Made by a program: the position numbers and the translations under genes. Under the pieces are notes generated by a model that had not been told where the DNA came from, ran no database searches, and worked only from the letters and a program-made list of their open reading frames with translations. Below are positions 24,005 through 32,825 of a stretch of 41,570 nt of DNA, piece by piece (within the stretch, counting starts at the first letter, position 1; each line of letters begins with the position of its first letter). Source of the DNA: an uncultured Phascolarctobacterium sp. (lineage in GTDB: Bacteria > Bacillota > Negativicutes > Acidaminococcales > Acidaminococcaceae); contig CAMFET010000001.1 in the NCBI GenBank assembly GCA_945949475.1, forward strand, positions 1 to 41,570, read 5' to 3'.

Positions 24005-25760
24005 CGCACTCCTTGCCTTGAAACCTGAAGACCCGATGAGGGTATCAGAGTGGGCGGCGAAATACCGCTACATGGGAGCCAACGAGACATCCCGCCCTGG
24101 TCCGTGGCGAAATGAAATCGTACCTTATCTGGTCGATATCATGGACAGCCTCAATAAAGATGGCATTGAGCAGATAACATTCCTGAAGCCTACGCAGGTA
24201 GGCGGAACAGAATGCGGCATCAACATCTTGGGCTATATCATCTCCCAAGCTCCCTGCCGTGTTATGTACGTCCTGCCGAATAAGGACGCGCTGGAAGATT
24301 TTTCGCAGGACAGATTGCAAAAGGTGCTCACCAGCAACGAATGCTTTCATGGCAAATTCGAGGCAACTAACAGCAAGAATGCCATGCTGCGTTATGCTGG
24401 CGGTTTCTGTAAATTCGGCAGCGCTCAATCTCCGACCGACCTCGCTTCGTGGTCCGTTCCGGTAATCGTGCTGGACGAAATCGACAAATTCCCGAAGATG
24501 TCCGGCAAAGAAGCGTCCCCGCTGAAGCTGGCGGAAGAAAGAACTAAGAACTGGTCAGGCAAGAAGAAGATGTTTTTCTGGTCGACTCCGACTCTGAAGA
24601 CAGGCCACATCTACCAGCTCTATGAAGCTGCAGACGTGCGCTATGAATATAACGTCCCTTGTCCGCATTGCGGAAAAATGCAGCCGTTTAAATGGAAATA
24701 CGTCAAATTTGACGCTCATCAGCCTGCGACTGTTGTTGAACACAACACACATTATGAGTGTTGTTACTGTAAAGGCGTTATTACCGATAAGGATAAGCCA
24801 GACATGCTTAATAAAGGGCGATGGCTGCCGACCAACGAATGTGAGGGCCAGCCGCGCAGCGTAGCGTATGCGCTCAACTCCCTTTATAGTCCGTGGGTAT
24901 CCTTTGGCAAGATGGCAGCGGAATTTATCAGATCTAAAAACGACCCGCTGCTGCTCATGAACTTTGTCAACTCATGGCTTGGTGAACCATGGGAGAGCAA
25001 ATCGGCTGTCATGGAAGCCGATATCGTCCTGAAGCATAAAACTGACTGTCCTATGTATGTTGTGCCGGATTGGTGTCAGCTGCTTACCGGCGGCGTCGAT
25101 GTCCAAAAAGGTTATCTCTATTGGCAGATTGACTGCTGGGGACCGGGCATAACGTCCCAGCGCCTTGCCTATGGTAAATGTATTGGTTGGGACGAGCTGG
25201 AAAAGGTTATGGATACAATCTGGACCGGAGAGGATGGAAAGTCACAGTATCAGGTCTGCATTTATGGAATTGATACAGGGTTCCGGACCGAGGAGGTCTA
25301 CGATTACTGCTGGAAACATCAGGGCGTAGCGTTCCCAGTCAAGGGCTCATCCGTCCACATGGCCGCATACTTGCGCCCAACCAACATCGAGCCGAGGATG
25401 CCGGGCAGAACGCCGCTGCAGCTATGGATTGTTAACACCGACCAATATAAAAACGAAATTGCCCAGCGACTTGAAATGCCAATAGGCCGCGGCAGCTGGA
25501 TGCTCAACGCTGATTGCGATTTAGAGTATGCTGAGCAAATCACCTCAGAGCATAGGGTAATGGATGACAAAGGTCGCGAAACGTGGAAACCGAAGACCAG
25601 CGCCAAACAGAACCATCTGTGGGACTGCTCCGTCTACTCCTTTGCTGTTGCTGATTTGGTCAACATGAGGGCGCTGCAGGATGTTATTATCGACGATACG
25701 CCGATGGAAGCCGATGCTCCGGAAGAAACAGTCTTGCCGGAGCCGGGATTTACGATTTAG
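23889..25760 (+). CDS. terL: Terminase large subunit (lambda GpA family)
   Basis: VSEWA..PGPW, KPTQVGGTE, LDEIDK, STPT, CPHC, GGVDVQ, IDTG, NHLWDC. Confidence 0.95.
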   Translation: MDTSEQLSKKQPITEASCESEQDALTRIQLDVLENVLNNALLALKPEDPMRVSEWAAKYRYMGANETSRPGPWRNEIVPYLVDIMDSLNKDGIEQITFLKPTQVGGTECGINILGYIISQAPCRVMYVLPNKDALEDFSQDRLQKVLTSNECFHGKFEATNSKNAMLRYAGGFCKFGSAQSPTDLASWSVPVIVLDEIDKFPKMSGKEASPLKLAEERTKNWSGKKKMFFWSTPTLKTGHIYQLYEAADVRYEYNVPCPHCGKMQPFKWKYVKFDAHQPATVVEHNTHYECCYCKGVITDKDKPDMLNKGRWLPTNECEGQPRSVAYALNSLYSPWVSFGKMAAEFIRSKNDPLLLMNFVNSWLGEPWESKSAVMEADIVLKHKTDCPMYVVPDWCQLLTGGVDVQKGYLYWQIDCWGPGITSQRLAYGKCIGWDELEKVMDTIWTGEDGKSQYQVCIYGIDTGFRTEEVYDYCWKHQGVAFPVKGSSVHMAAYLRPTNIEPRMPGRTPLQLWIVNTDQYKNEIAQRLEMPIGRGSWMLNADCDLEYAEQITSEHRVMDDKGRETWKPKTSAKQNHLWDCSVYSFAVADLVNMRALQDVIIDDTPMEADAPEETVLPEPGFTI

Positions 25761-25769
25761 GAGGGCGCT

Positions 25770-26003
25770 ATGGCGACTATTGAGGAATTAGAGCGCCGCC
25801 GGGTTGAGGTTGATGCTGCTATCAGCAATATTATGCGTACAGGCCAGATGGTCCAGACGCGTAACGGCAGAGTGGAGCATGCCAACCTTGCGGCTCTGCG
25901 CGAAGAACGCGCAGCCATAGAAAAAGAGCTTGCTGATGCTCAGAGCTATGGCAGCTCCGGCGAAAGCTGGGGCACAAAGATGTCATTTTATGGGAGGGGT
26001 TGA
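25770..26003 (+). CDS. gpW-like head completion protein
   Basis: Small ORF between terL and portal; 'AI..I..GQ......R.V..ANLA.L'. Confidence 0.75.
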   Translation: MATIEELERRRVEVDAAISNIMRTGQMVQTRNGRVEHANLAALREERAAIEKELADAQSYGSSGESWGTKMSFYGRG

Positions 26004-26007
26004 GGAT

Positions 26008-27546
26008 ATGTCCAAAAATCAAAGAAACCCCACCTTTATGGAACGTCTGGAAAATGGGATTGACCAGGCTATCAGCGTGCTGTCGCCGCGATGGGGTGCG
26101 GAAAGACGTGCTTATCGTGCGCAAATGCGTCTGGCTGCAGCTTATGAGGCTGTGCCAAAATGGCGTAATAGCGCTGACTGGGTGCCCGTAGACGGAAAAG
26201 GCGAGGCCTTAAACGCCCCCAACCGTGATATGGCGAGGGCGAAAGCCCGCCACCTTGAGCGGAACAGTGAATTAATTAACAGCATCATCAACGCTTTCGA
26301 GCGTAACGTTGTCGGAAAAGGCTTTAATCTGCAGCTGCGGACCGATAACCAGGACTGGAATAATGCGATTGAAGCGCTATGGGCTGATTGGAGCCGTCCC
26401 GGCAACTGTGATGTGACCGGCAGATTTTGTCTGACGGAAATTTTAAAGCTGATTGTTCGCCGTCGCATCGTCGACGGCGGCATATTGGCGCTGAAAGTGA
26501 CTGACAAGAGCAGCGATATACCGTACAGGCTGCAGCTCATCGAGGTTGATAACCTCAAAGGCCCCGGCGAGGTCAAATCGCCTGCCGGAAACGCCATTAT
26601 CGGCGGCATTGAAGTAAACAAATACGGCAAGCCGCTTAATTACTATATTGAGCAGGCCACAGCCGACATCACAACTGTTGCGGAAATCGAAACTGTTAAG
26701 GCTGACAGAGTGTTTTATTTGTCGACCACCTCCAGACCGAGTGAAGTGAGGGAAATCTCACCGCTGACACGAGCGCTGGATGATGTGCATGATCTTGAGG
26801 AGTTTTTTGACGCCGTAGCGTTTAAACAAAAAATTAACGCTGCCATTGCGGTATTTATCACGACTCAAAAAGATGCTGGCTCAACTTTTGGCCGTTCCTT
26901 AGCTCCCAAGGGAGAAAAGGACAGCAACGGCAAGCCTGCCGGAACGCGCATTGACTCAGGCTCAATCAAATATTTGGAGCCAGGGCAGGATGTGCGCAGC
27001 ATCGTGCCGTCTGGCCAAAGCTCTGAGCTTAATGATTATAACCTTGCTGTAAGCCGTCGCATCGGCGCTGGCCACAATCTCTCCTATGAGATGATGACAA
27101 GGGATGTTAGCAAGGTAAATTACTCCAGCGCCCGTCAGAACCTGCTCGAAGATTGGAAGACTTTTGCCGATGAGCAAAATTACATCATTGAGCATTTTCT
27201 GGATTTTGTGCTGGAAGATGTTGTCACCGCGGCCTACCTTGCCGGAAAACTCAAAAATGCTCCTAAGGATTTTATGACTAACAGGCAAAAATACCTTAAG
27301 CATGAATTTATCGGCCAAGGCCTGCCGTGGATTGACCCGCTGAAAGAGGCTCAGGCTAATCAGGTGATGCTGGCTACCGGTCAGACCACGCTCAAGGACA
27401 TTTACGCAAAAAAAGGTAAGGATTGGGAAGAAGAAGTCGCCCAGCTTGCCCTTGAAAGAGAAAAAACTAAGGAGCTTGGCTTGGTGAGCGAAGCTCCGGT
27501 AACTGTGAAAGGTGATGATGGCGATGGAAGAAAATCAGAAGAATGA
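26008..27546 (+). CDS. Portal protein (lambda family)
   Basis: ARHLERN, NVVGKG, GGIEVNKYGKP..Y, VNYSSARQ, WIDPLKE. Confidence 0.95.
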   Translation: MSKNQRNPTFMERLENGIDQAISVLSPRWGAERRAYRAQMRLAAAYEAVPKWRNSADWVPVDGKGEALNAPNRDMARAKARHLERNSELINSIINAFERNVVGKGFNLQLRTDNQDWNNAIEALWADWSRPGNCDVTGRFCLTEILKLIVRRRIVDGGILALKVTDKSSDIPYRLQLIEVDNLKGPGEVKSPAGNAIIGGIEVNKYGKPLNYYIEQATADITTVAEIETVKADRVFYLSTTSRPSEVREISPLTRALDDVHDLEEFFDAVAFKQKINAAIAVFITTQKDAGSTFGRSLAPKGEKDSNGKPAGTRIDSGSIKYLEPGQDVRSIVPSGQSSELNDYNLAVSRRIGAGHNLSYEMMTRDVSKVNYSSARQNLLEDWKTFADEQNYIIEHFLDFVLEDVVTAAYLAGKLKNAPKDFMTNRQKYLKHEFIGQGLPWIDPLKEAQANQVMLATGQTTLKDIYAKKGKDWEEEVAQLALEREKTKELGLVSEAPVTVKGDDGDGRKSEE

Positions 27547-29398
27547 TGATATCCAGAAACGCATGAACATGCCACGTCAGCGCAGCGCCAAGCTGGAGGG
27601 CTTTGACGAAGCATCCAGAACGGTAACCTTATCGTTTGCCAGTGAAACCCCTTGTGTTAATTGCTGGGGCGACAAAGAAATTTTGCGCTGTAACGATGAG
27701 GCCATGGACAAACAGCGTTTTGATGATGGCGTTATGCCAATCTTGTATAACCATAACAGAGATATTGTTGTGGGAAAACCCATCAAGATTTGGACCGAGG
27801 GCAATCGCGCTAAAGCGACCATCGAATTTGCGACCACCGAAAAGGCCGAGGAAATCATGGGCCTTGTACGTGACGGATTTTTGAATGGCGTGTCTGTAGG
27901 TTATCGCGTCAAACAGTGGCAAGTCTTAGAAAAAGGCGAAACTACTGTTGATGGCATAGAGGGACCCGCTTGGATTGCAATCAGGTGGGAGGTATTTGAA
28001 ATCAGCATCGTAACTGTGCCTGCTGATGGAACTGTTGGCGTAGGGCGCTCCCTCGCTTTTGACGCTGACAACGTGGTGGAGCAGCATGAAGCTCCAGCGA
28101 AAGAAAGAGAGGTCGACAACATGGAAGAAAAGGAAAAAACTGCTCCGACCGAAGCAGAAATCCGCTCCGCTGCTATCAAAGCAGAACGTGAACGCTGTGC
28201 AGCCATTGATGGCCTGTGCCGCAAATTTGACGTTGACGCGGAACAACGTCAGAAATGGGTTGATGGTGGTCAAGACATGGAAACCATTAACCGCGAGATG
28301 CTGGGCATCTTGGAAGCCCGTAACAAAGCCGTACCGAGCAACAGAACCGAGGTAGGCGAGGACCGCGCTAATGAGATGCGCGCTGTATACACCGATGCAA
28401 TCCTGATGCGTCACGGCGTAAATGTAGCTAAACCGCATGACGGTGCTGACCGCCTGCGTCATATGTCCATGCGTAACATGGCTGTTGATATGTTGACCCG
28501 TGCCGGTGCGAGCAACGCTTACACCATGGATGATACTGAGCTGTTTAAGCGTGCCATGACTACCGGTGGCCTGCCGATTGTCCTGCAGGACGTTGTAAAA
28601 TACGCTATCAAAGACGGCTATGATGCCGCCAATACCACCTATCAGGCTTGGGCGCATATCGGCACCCTGAATGACTTCCGCCCGGCCAATATCGTCGAAA
28701 TCGGCGCTGAAGCTGAACCGAAGCTCATCCCCGAGAATGGCGAATTTACCGACATGAACCTGTCTGAGAGCAAAGAATCCGTGCGTCTGGACACCTACGG
28801 CCGTTCCTATAGCTACACCCGTCAGGCATTTATTAATGACGATATGCGTGTGCTGACTGAAATTCCTCGTATCGTTTCCAGCCGCATGGCTGCGTACATC
28901 AACGCTCAGGCTTATAAAGCACTGGCAGGCGCAACCTTTAATGCCAGCAATACCGGCACCGCAGGCGCTATCAGCGTAGCGTCCTTAGCTGAAGCGATGG
29001 AAAAATTGCGTAAAGCTAAAGACAAAAAAGGCAATTTCCTGCGCATCATGCCTAAATATCTGCTCGTCCCGGTGGCTCAGGCTGTTACCGCAGCTCAGCT
29101 CCTGCATTCTGCAGCTGACCCGAGTGCTTCCCATTCCGGCGTAAACAATCCGTTTGCCAATGCGTTTGAGATTATCTCTGATCCCGAACTGGATGCACTG
29201 AGCACTGATGCTTGGTATCTTGCTGCCGCTCCCCAATATGGCTACGGCGTACAGGTTAACTTCCTGAACGGCAACCAAACTCCGATTGTTGAGAGCCAGG
29301 TATCCTTTGATACTCTCGGTTGGAAATACCGCATTTACCATGATTTTGGCGTTAAGGCGCTGTCTACTCTGGGCGTTGTTAAAAACGCTGGCAAATAA
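27524..29398 (+). CDS. Prohead protease-major capsid protein fusion
   Basis: Protease motifs LYNHN, VSVGY, EISIVTVPAD; linker 'AERERC..I'; capsid motifs ENGEF, TRQAFINDD, PKYLLVP, DFGV. Confidence 0.9.
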   Translation: MEENQKNDDIQKRMNMPRQRSAKLEGFDEASRTVTLSFASETPCVNCWGDKEILRCNDEAMDKQRFDDGVMPILYNHNRDIVVGKPIKIWTEGNRAKATIEFATTEKAEEIMGLVRDGFLNGVSVGYRVKQWQVLEKGETTVDGIEGPAWIAIRWEVFEISIVTVPADGTVGVGRSLAFDADNVVEQHEAPAKEREVDNMEEKEKTAPTEAEIRSAAIKAERERCAAIDGLCRKFDVDAEQRQKWVDGGQDMETINREMLGILEARNKAVPSNRTEVGEDRANEMRAVYTDAILMRHGVNVAKPHDGADRLRHMSMRNMAVDMLTRAGASNAYTMDDTELFKRAMTTGGLPIVLQDVVKYAIKDGYDAANTTYQAWAHIGTLNDFRPANIVEIGAEAEPKLIPENGEFTDMNLSESKESVRLDTYGRSYSYTRQAFINDDMRVLTEIPRIVSSRMAAYINAQAYKALAGATFNASNTGTAGAISVASLAEAMEKLRKAKDKKGNFLRIMPKYLLVPVAQAVTAAQLLHSAADPSASHSGVNNPFANAFEIISDPELDALSTDAWYLAAAPQYGYGVQVNFLNGNQTPIVESQVSFDTLGWKYRIYHDFGVKALSTLGVVKNAGK

Positions 29399-29413
29399 GG
29401 AGAGGTGATTTAA

Positions 29414-29761
29414 ATGGCTAAAGAAAACGCTATTTTCCGCCGTAATGGCGACAAAATTGACTACAAATGCACCGCGGCCGTTGCTCCCGGCGACATCATC
29501 AAGCTGGCAGGCGGTTTGGTCGGTGTGGCTGAGGCAGGCGGTCTCAAAGATGATATTATCGCTCTGACTATGCGTGGCGTGTTTGAGGTAGAGTCTACCG
29601 GCGCTATCGCTCAAGGCGCTGCTGTGTATCTGACCACTGACGGCAAAGTTACCGCCACCAAAGGCACTAACACCTTTATCGGCACCTGCTGGGCTGCAGC
29701 TGGCAGCTCCGACACTCGTGCTCTTGTAGCTATTAACGTAGGCGTTGCTGCAGCGGGCTGA
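29414..29761 (+). CDS. DUF2190-like capsid decoration/cement protein
   Basis: GDKIDY..V.PGD..GVA..GVF. Confidence 0.8.
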   Translation: MAKENAIFRRNGDKIDYKCTAAVAPGDIIKLAGGLVGVAEAGGLKDDIIALTMRGVFEVESTGAIAQGAAVYLTTDGKVTATKGTNTFIGTCWAAAGSSDTRALVAINVGVAAAG

Positions 29762-29767
29762 TAATTA

Positions 29768-29798
29768 AGGGGCGGCTCGCAAGCCGTCCCTATTTTTT
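29768..29798 (+). terminator. Terminator after the head genes
   Basis: AGGGGCGGCT-cgca-AGCCGTCCCT followed by ATTTTTT. Confidence 0.8.
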
Positions 29799-29816
29799 GT
29801 CGAAAGAGGCAAAAAA

Positions 29817-30164
29817 ATGAACCAGTATATCAAACAAGTAATCCAAAACGCGACCTTTGACACGGCGCTGCTGGCAGAAACTATCAGCTATAACGGCGTA
29901 GAAATTTCAGCCATTGTAGAGGTCGGGGAAAATGAACTGCAGAAGTCACGAGGCGGCTTTAACCGCCTCAGCAACACTGTAGCTGTCAGCGGCAGCGGGT
30001 ATTTTACTGTCAAAACCGATGATGTCCCCAACCCCAAGCGTGGCGACATCATCGTATATGACAACAAAAAATATTACGTGGCAGGCATTGAGCTTATCGA
30101 CTCTCTCGGGGGCAGTGTTACCGTTAAGGTGACATGTGATGAGAGGGGGTATCTTAACAGATGA
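29817..30164 (+). CDS. Head-tail joining protein (gpFII-like)
   Basis: Position; AETISYNG..PKRGD.I beta-rich pattern. Confidence 0.65.
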   Translation: MNQYIKQVIQNATFDTALLAETISYNGVEISAIVEVGENELQKSRGGFNRLSNTVAVSGSGYFTVKTDDVPNPKRGDIIVYDNKKYYVAGIELIDSLGGSVTVKVTCDERGYLNR

Positions 30165-30724
30165 TTACTGTAGATATCCGCGACGAGGTGACGCCGCTCA
30201 TCAAAAGCTATTTGGCCAATAATCCTAAAATGATTGCCAGCTTAACCAAATCAATAGGATGGTATGTGCAAAGCAACGTCAAAAAGCTGAGTACCAGCAC
30301 CTTACCAAGCAGGTGGGCCGACCGCGTCCCGCTTAAAATCCGTCGTAAGCTGGACAATAAAGCTCCTAAAGGTTGGCTCGGCAAATTAAAGCGCGCCATC
30401 GGCTACGCTTATAATCCTGCCTCTAAATCTGTTGCAATAGGCTGGACAAGCTCCACGGCTGCCAGAGAGGGCAAGATACAGGAGTTTGGCGCAAGGCGTC
30501 AAGTAACGCCACGATTGCAGAGTTTTTTTGCATCGAGAGGCGTGCCGCTATCCGAGCGTAAAAAGCAGATAGATGTACCTGCACGTCCAATCTTTGAGCC
30601 TGCTATGGAGATTATCCATCCGCAGCTTGGCAGCTACATCCAAAATAAGGTTGCGAGCTACATGGAAAACGGCGGCTATGCCCGCACAGCTGGCAAAAGG
30701 CGCAAATATGAGGTATACACATGA
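30161..30724 (+). CDS. Neck/tail completion protein
   Basis: Basic protein with QEFG..VPARPIF motif; position. Confidence 0.68.
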   Translation: MITVDIRDEVTPLIKSYLANNPKMIASLTKSIGWYVQSNVKKLSTSTLPSRWADRVPLKIRRKLDNKAPKGWLGKLKRAIGYAYNPASKSVAIGWTSSTAAREGKIQEFGARRQVTPRLQSFFASRGVPLSERKKQIDVPARPIFEPAMEIIHPQLGSYIQNKVASYMENGGYARTAGKRRKYEVYT

Positions 30725-31227
30725 GTTTAGTTAACTATCTCCAAAATGAGGATTTATGTTCTATTGGAGCAAAGCTCGCAGCACATATAGCTGCTGATCA
30801 GGAGCTTGCCCGTTATTGCGATATGCATTTTGGCAAAACTCTCACCATCATTGTCGGCCCGCCTGAGGCTTATATGCCTCAAGATATCAACGCACCATAT
30901 CTGTTTATTCATGATTTTGGTAAAGCCGAGGGCGCTGCCATCAATACGGCGTCTTATGAGTGCGTTTTTTCCCTCGGTCTTGATGTTGACGAGGAAAACG
31001 CTGAGCTCCAACCAGACGTAATTGTCTACGCAGGGCAGCAACGAACTAGCGAGATGCTGACACTGCTACAGGATGCTCTCTACCGGTATAAAGGCGGCTG
31101 TCAGCCTCCTACCGCCGTGGAGCAGCTCATGCCGGGGCTTCCTGGCAACAACTCCCGGCACTGGGAGGGATTCCTAACCGCTGTATGGACGTTAGATATT
31201 TCCATTGGCGGACAAAACCACTTTTAA
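30721..31227 (+). CDS. Tail terminator-like protein
   Basis: Acidic ORF directly upstream of the tail tube gene. Confidence 0.55.
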   Translation: MSLVNYLQNEDLCSIGAKLAAHIAADQELARYCDMHFGKTLTIIVGPPEAYMPQDINAPYLFIHDFGKAEGAAINTASYECVFSLGLDVDEENAELQPDVIVYAGQQRTSEMLTLLQDALYRYKGGCQPPTAVEQLMPGLPGNNSRHWEGFLTAVWTLDISIGGQNHF

Positions 31228-31246
31228 CTAAGGAGGATTGATTTTT

Positions 31247-32215
31247 ATGGCAAATACCTGCCCGTGGGGCGTAGGCTCCAAAACCAGCACCCTGATTGCC
31301 TTTGAGACTGCTTACGGCGTAACTCCGACCGACGCAGCAACAAAATCCATCAGGATGCCTTTTAACACCAACGGCGTGGCAAGCTCTCAAAATAGCACCG
31401 CTCCGTCTACCATCCGCGGCAATCGCTCTCCTGTAGAGCCTATCTTGGGCAACAATGATGTATCCGGTGACATCGTTGTGCCGGTAGATTATACCGCTTT
31501 TGGCTATTGGCTCAAGGCTGCGTTCGGCGACCCGACCAGCGCAAATGTCGGCGAAACCACTAACTACAAACATATCTTTAAAATCAAGGACTCCCAACCG
31601 TCCTTGACCATTGAAAAAGCTTTTCCGGGCATCAATACCTATATCAAGGAGCATGGCTGCAAGGTAAGCAAGCTGTCCCTCTCTGTAGGTGGTGACGGCG
31701 AGCTGACCGCGACCATCAGTGTGATGGGCGGTAAGGAGGAAATTACCACCACTTCTATGGCAACCACACCGGTGGAAGCTGTCCTGAACCGTGCCCAGAA
31801 TTTCCAGGCAAAGGTTAAGATTGGCGGCACCGTAAAAGGTAAAATCACTAGCTTTGGCATGGACATTGACTTTGGCTTGGATGGCGAGTCTTACTGCATC
31901 GGTGGCAATGGCTTCCGCGAGGCCATCTGCGAGGGACTGGCATCTGTTTCCGGCACCATTGAGGCGTTTTTTGACTCTAAGGAGTATATCGCCATGGCTG
32001 AGGCCAGCACCGAAACCAGCGCTGAAGTGGTTATTTCTACCGGTGATTTTGCGTTGAGCATCTTACTGCCGGAAATCAAATTTGCCCGCACCTCTCCCGG
32101 TATTGATGGCCCCGGCGGTATCAAACAAAGCCTGAGCTATAACGCTTACTATCAAGACGATGCCAACGCCAGCGCTGTTGTGGTGACCTTGACCAACAAA
32201 AACGCTGCTTACTGA
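31247..32215 (+). CDS. Major tail tube protein
   Basis: FETAYGVTP, S.TIRGNR, PSLTIEK, GCKV..LSLS; upstream of the chaperones and tape measure. Confidence 0.85.
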   Translation: MANTCPWGVGSKTSTLIAFETAYGVTPTDAATKSIRMPFNTNGVASSQNSTAPSTIRGNRSPVEPILGNNDVSGDIVVPVDYTAFGYWLKAAFGDPTSANVGETTNYKHIFKIKDSQPSLTIEKAFPGINTYIKEHGCKVSKLSLSVGGDGELTATISVMGGKEEITTTSMATTPVEAVLNRAQNFQAKVKIGGTVKGKITSFGMDIDFGLDGESYCIGGNGFREAICEGLASVSGTIEAFFDSKEYIAMAEASTETSAEVVISTGDFALSILLPEIKFARTSPGIDGPGGIKQSLSYNAYYQDDANASAVVVTLTNKNAAY

Positions 32216-32229
32216 TTGGAGGGAAAAGA

Positions 32230-32547
32230 ATGAGTGAAGAATATATCTTAGAGTGCCGCGGCATGAATTTTGCCGAATACTGCAAGCTGGAAGACCTCCA
32301 GAAAGAGTATCAATCTAAGCACCCAGATGACAAAACCGGCTTAGGCCGCCTGAATCTCAATTATGTTATGCACAACATTTATCCGGATGCTCCTGTTGAG
32401 CGTATGACCGTTGGTGATGTGAGCGCGGTTTTTGCCCGCACCATGGAGCTGAGCGGCATTGTCCATGAGGACGAGATAAAAAACTTGAGGACTGCGTCCG
32501 TTGGCAGTACGAGCGCAGCGGATATTGCAAAGACTGCCGCAAAATAA
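32230..32547 (+). CDS. Tail assembly chaperone (gpG-like)
   Basis: Position; slippery heptamer A AAA AAC at 32478-32484. Confidence 0.78.
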   Translation: MSEEYILECRGMNFAEYCKLEDLQKEYQSKHPDDKTGLGRLNLNYVMHNIYPDAPVERMTVGDVSAVFARTMELSGIVHEDEIKNLRTASVGSTSAADIAKTAAK

Positions 32548-32825
32548 ACCCTGACTTTGATTGCAGAACCTGCGAGTACAGGCCGCCTGACGTTATGCCG
32601 GGCAACTCGCAGGCTATGCACATCCGAGAGCTTACAAGTAATTGCCGTAATTATGTTGCCAGCATGGCTGGAATGTACTGCATCAGCTATGACTGGCCGG
32701 GCATTGAGAGTATCTGCCGTATGAGCGGCATAACTCTTAATAAGTGCGTAATTAAGCAGCTGCGTATGCTTGAGGATATTGATCTAAAATATCTCAACCA
32801 AAAGGAGGCATCCGTAAATGGCTAA
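32478..32825 (+). CDS. -1 frameshift extension of the tail chaperone (gpGT-like)
   Basis: The -1 frame is open from the slippery site (KKLEDCVRWQY..CKDC..CRTC..) into ORF 32595-32825. Confidence 0.78.
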   Translation, partial: KKLEDCVRWQYERSGYCKDCRKINPDFDCRTCEYRPPDVMPGNSQAMHIRELTSNCRNYVASMAGMYCISYDWPGIESICRMSGITLNKCVIKQLRMLEDIDLKYLNQKEASVNG

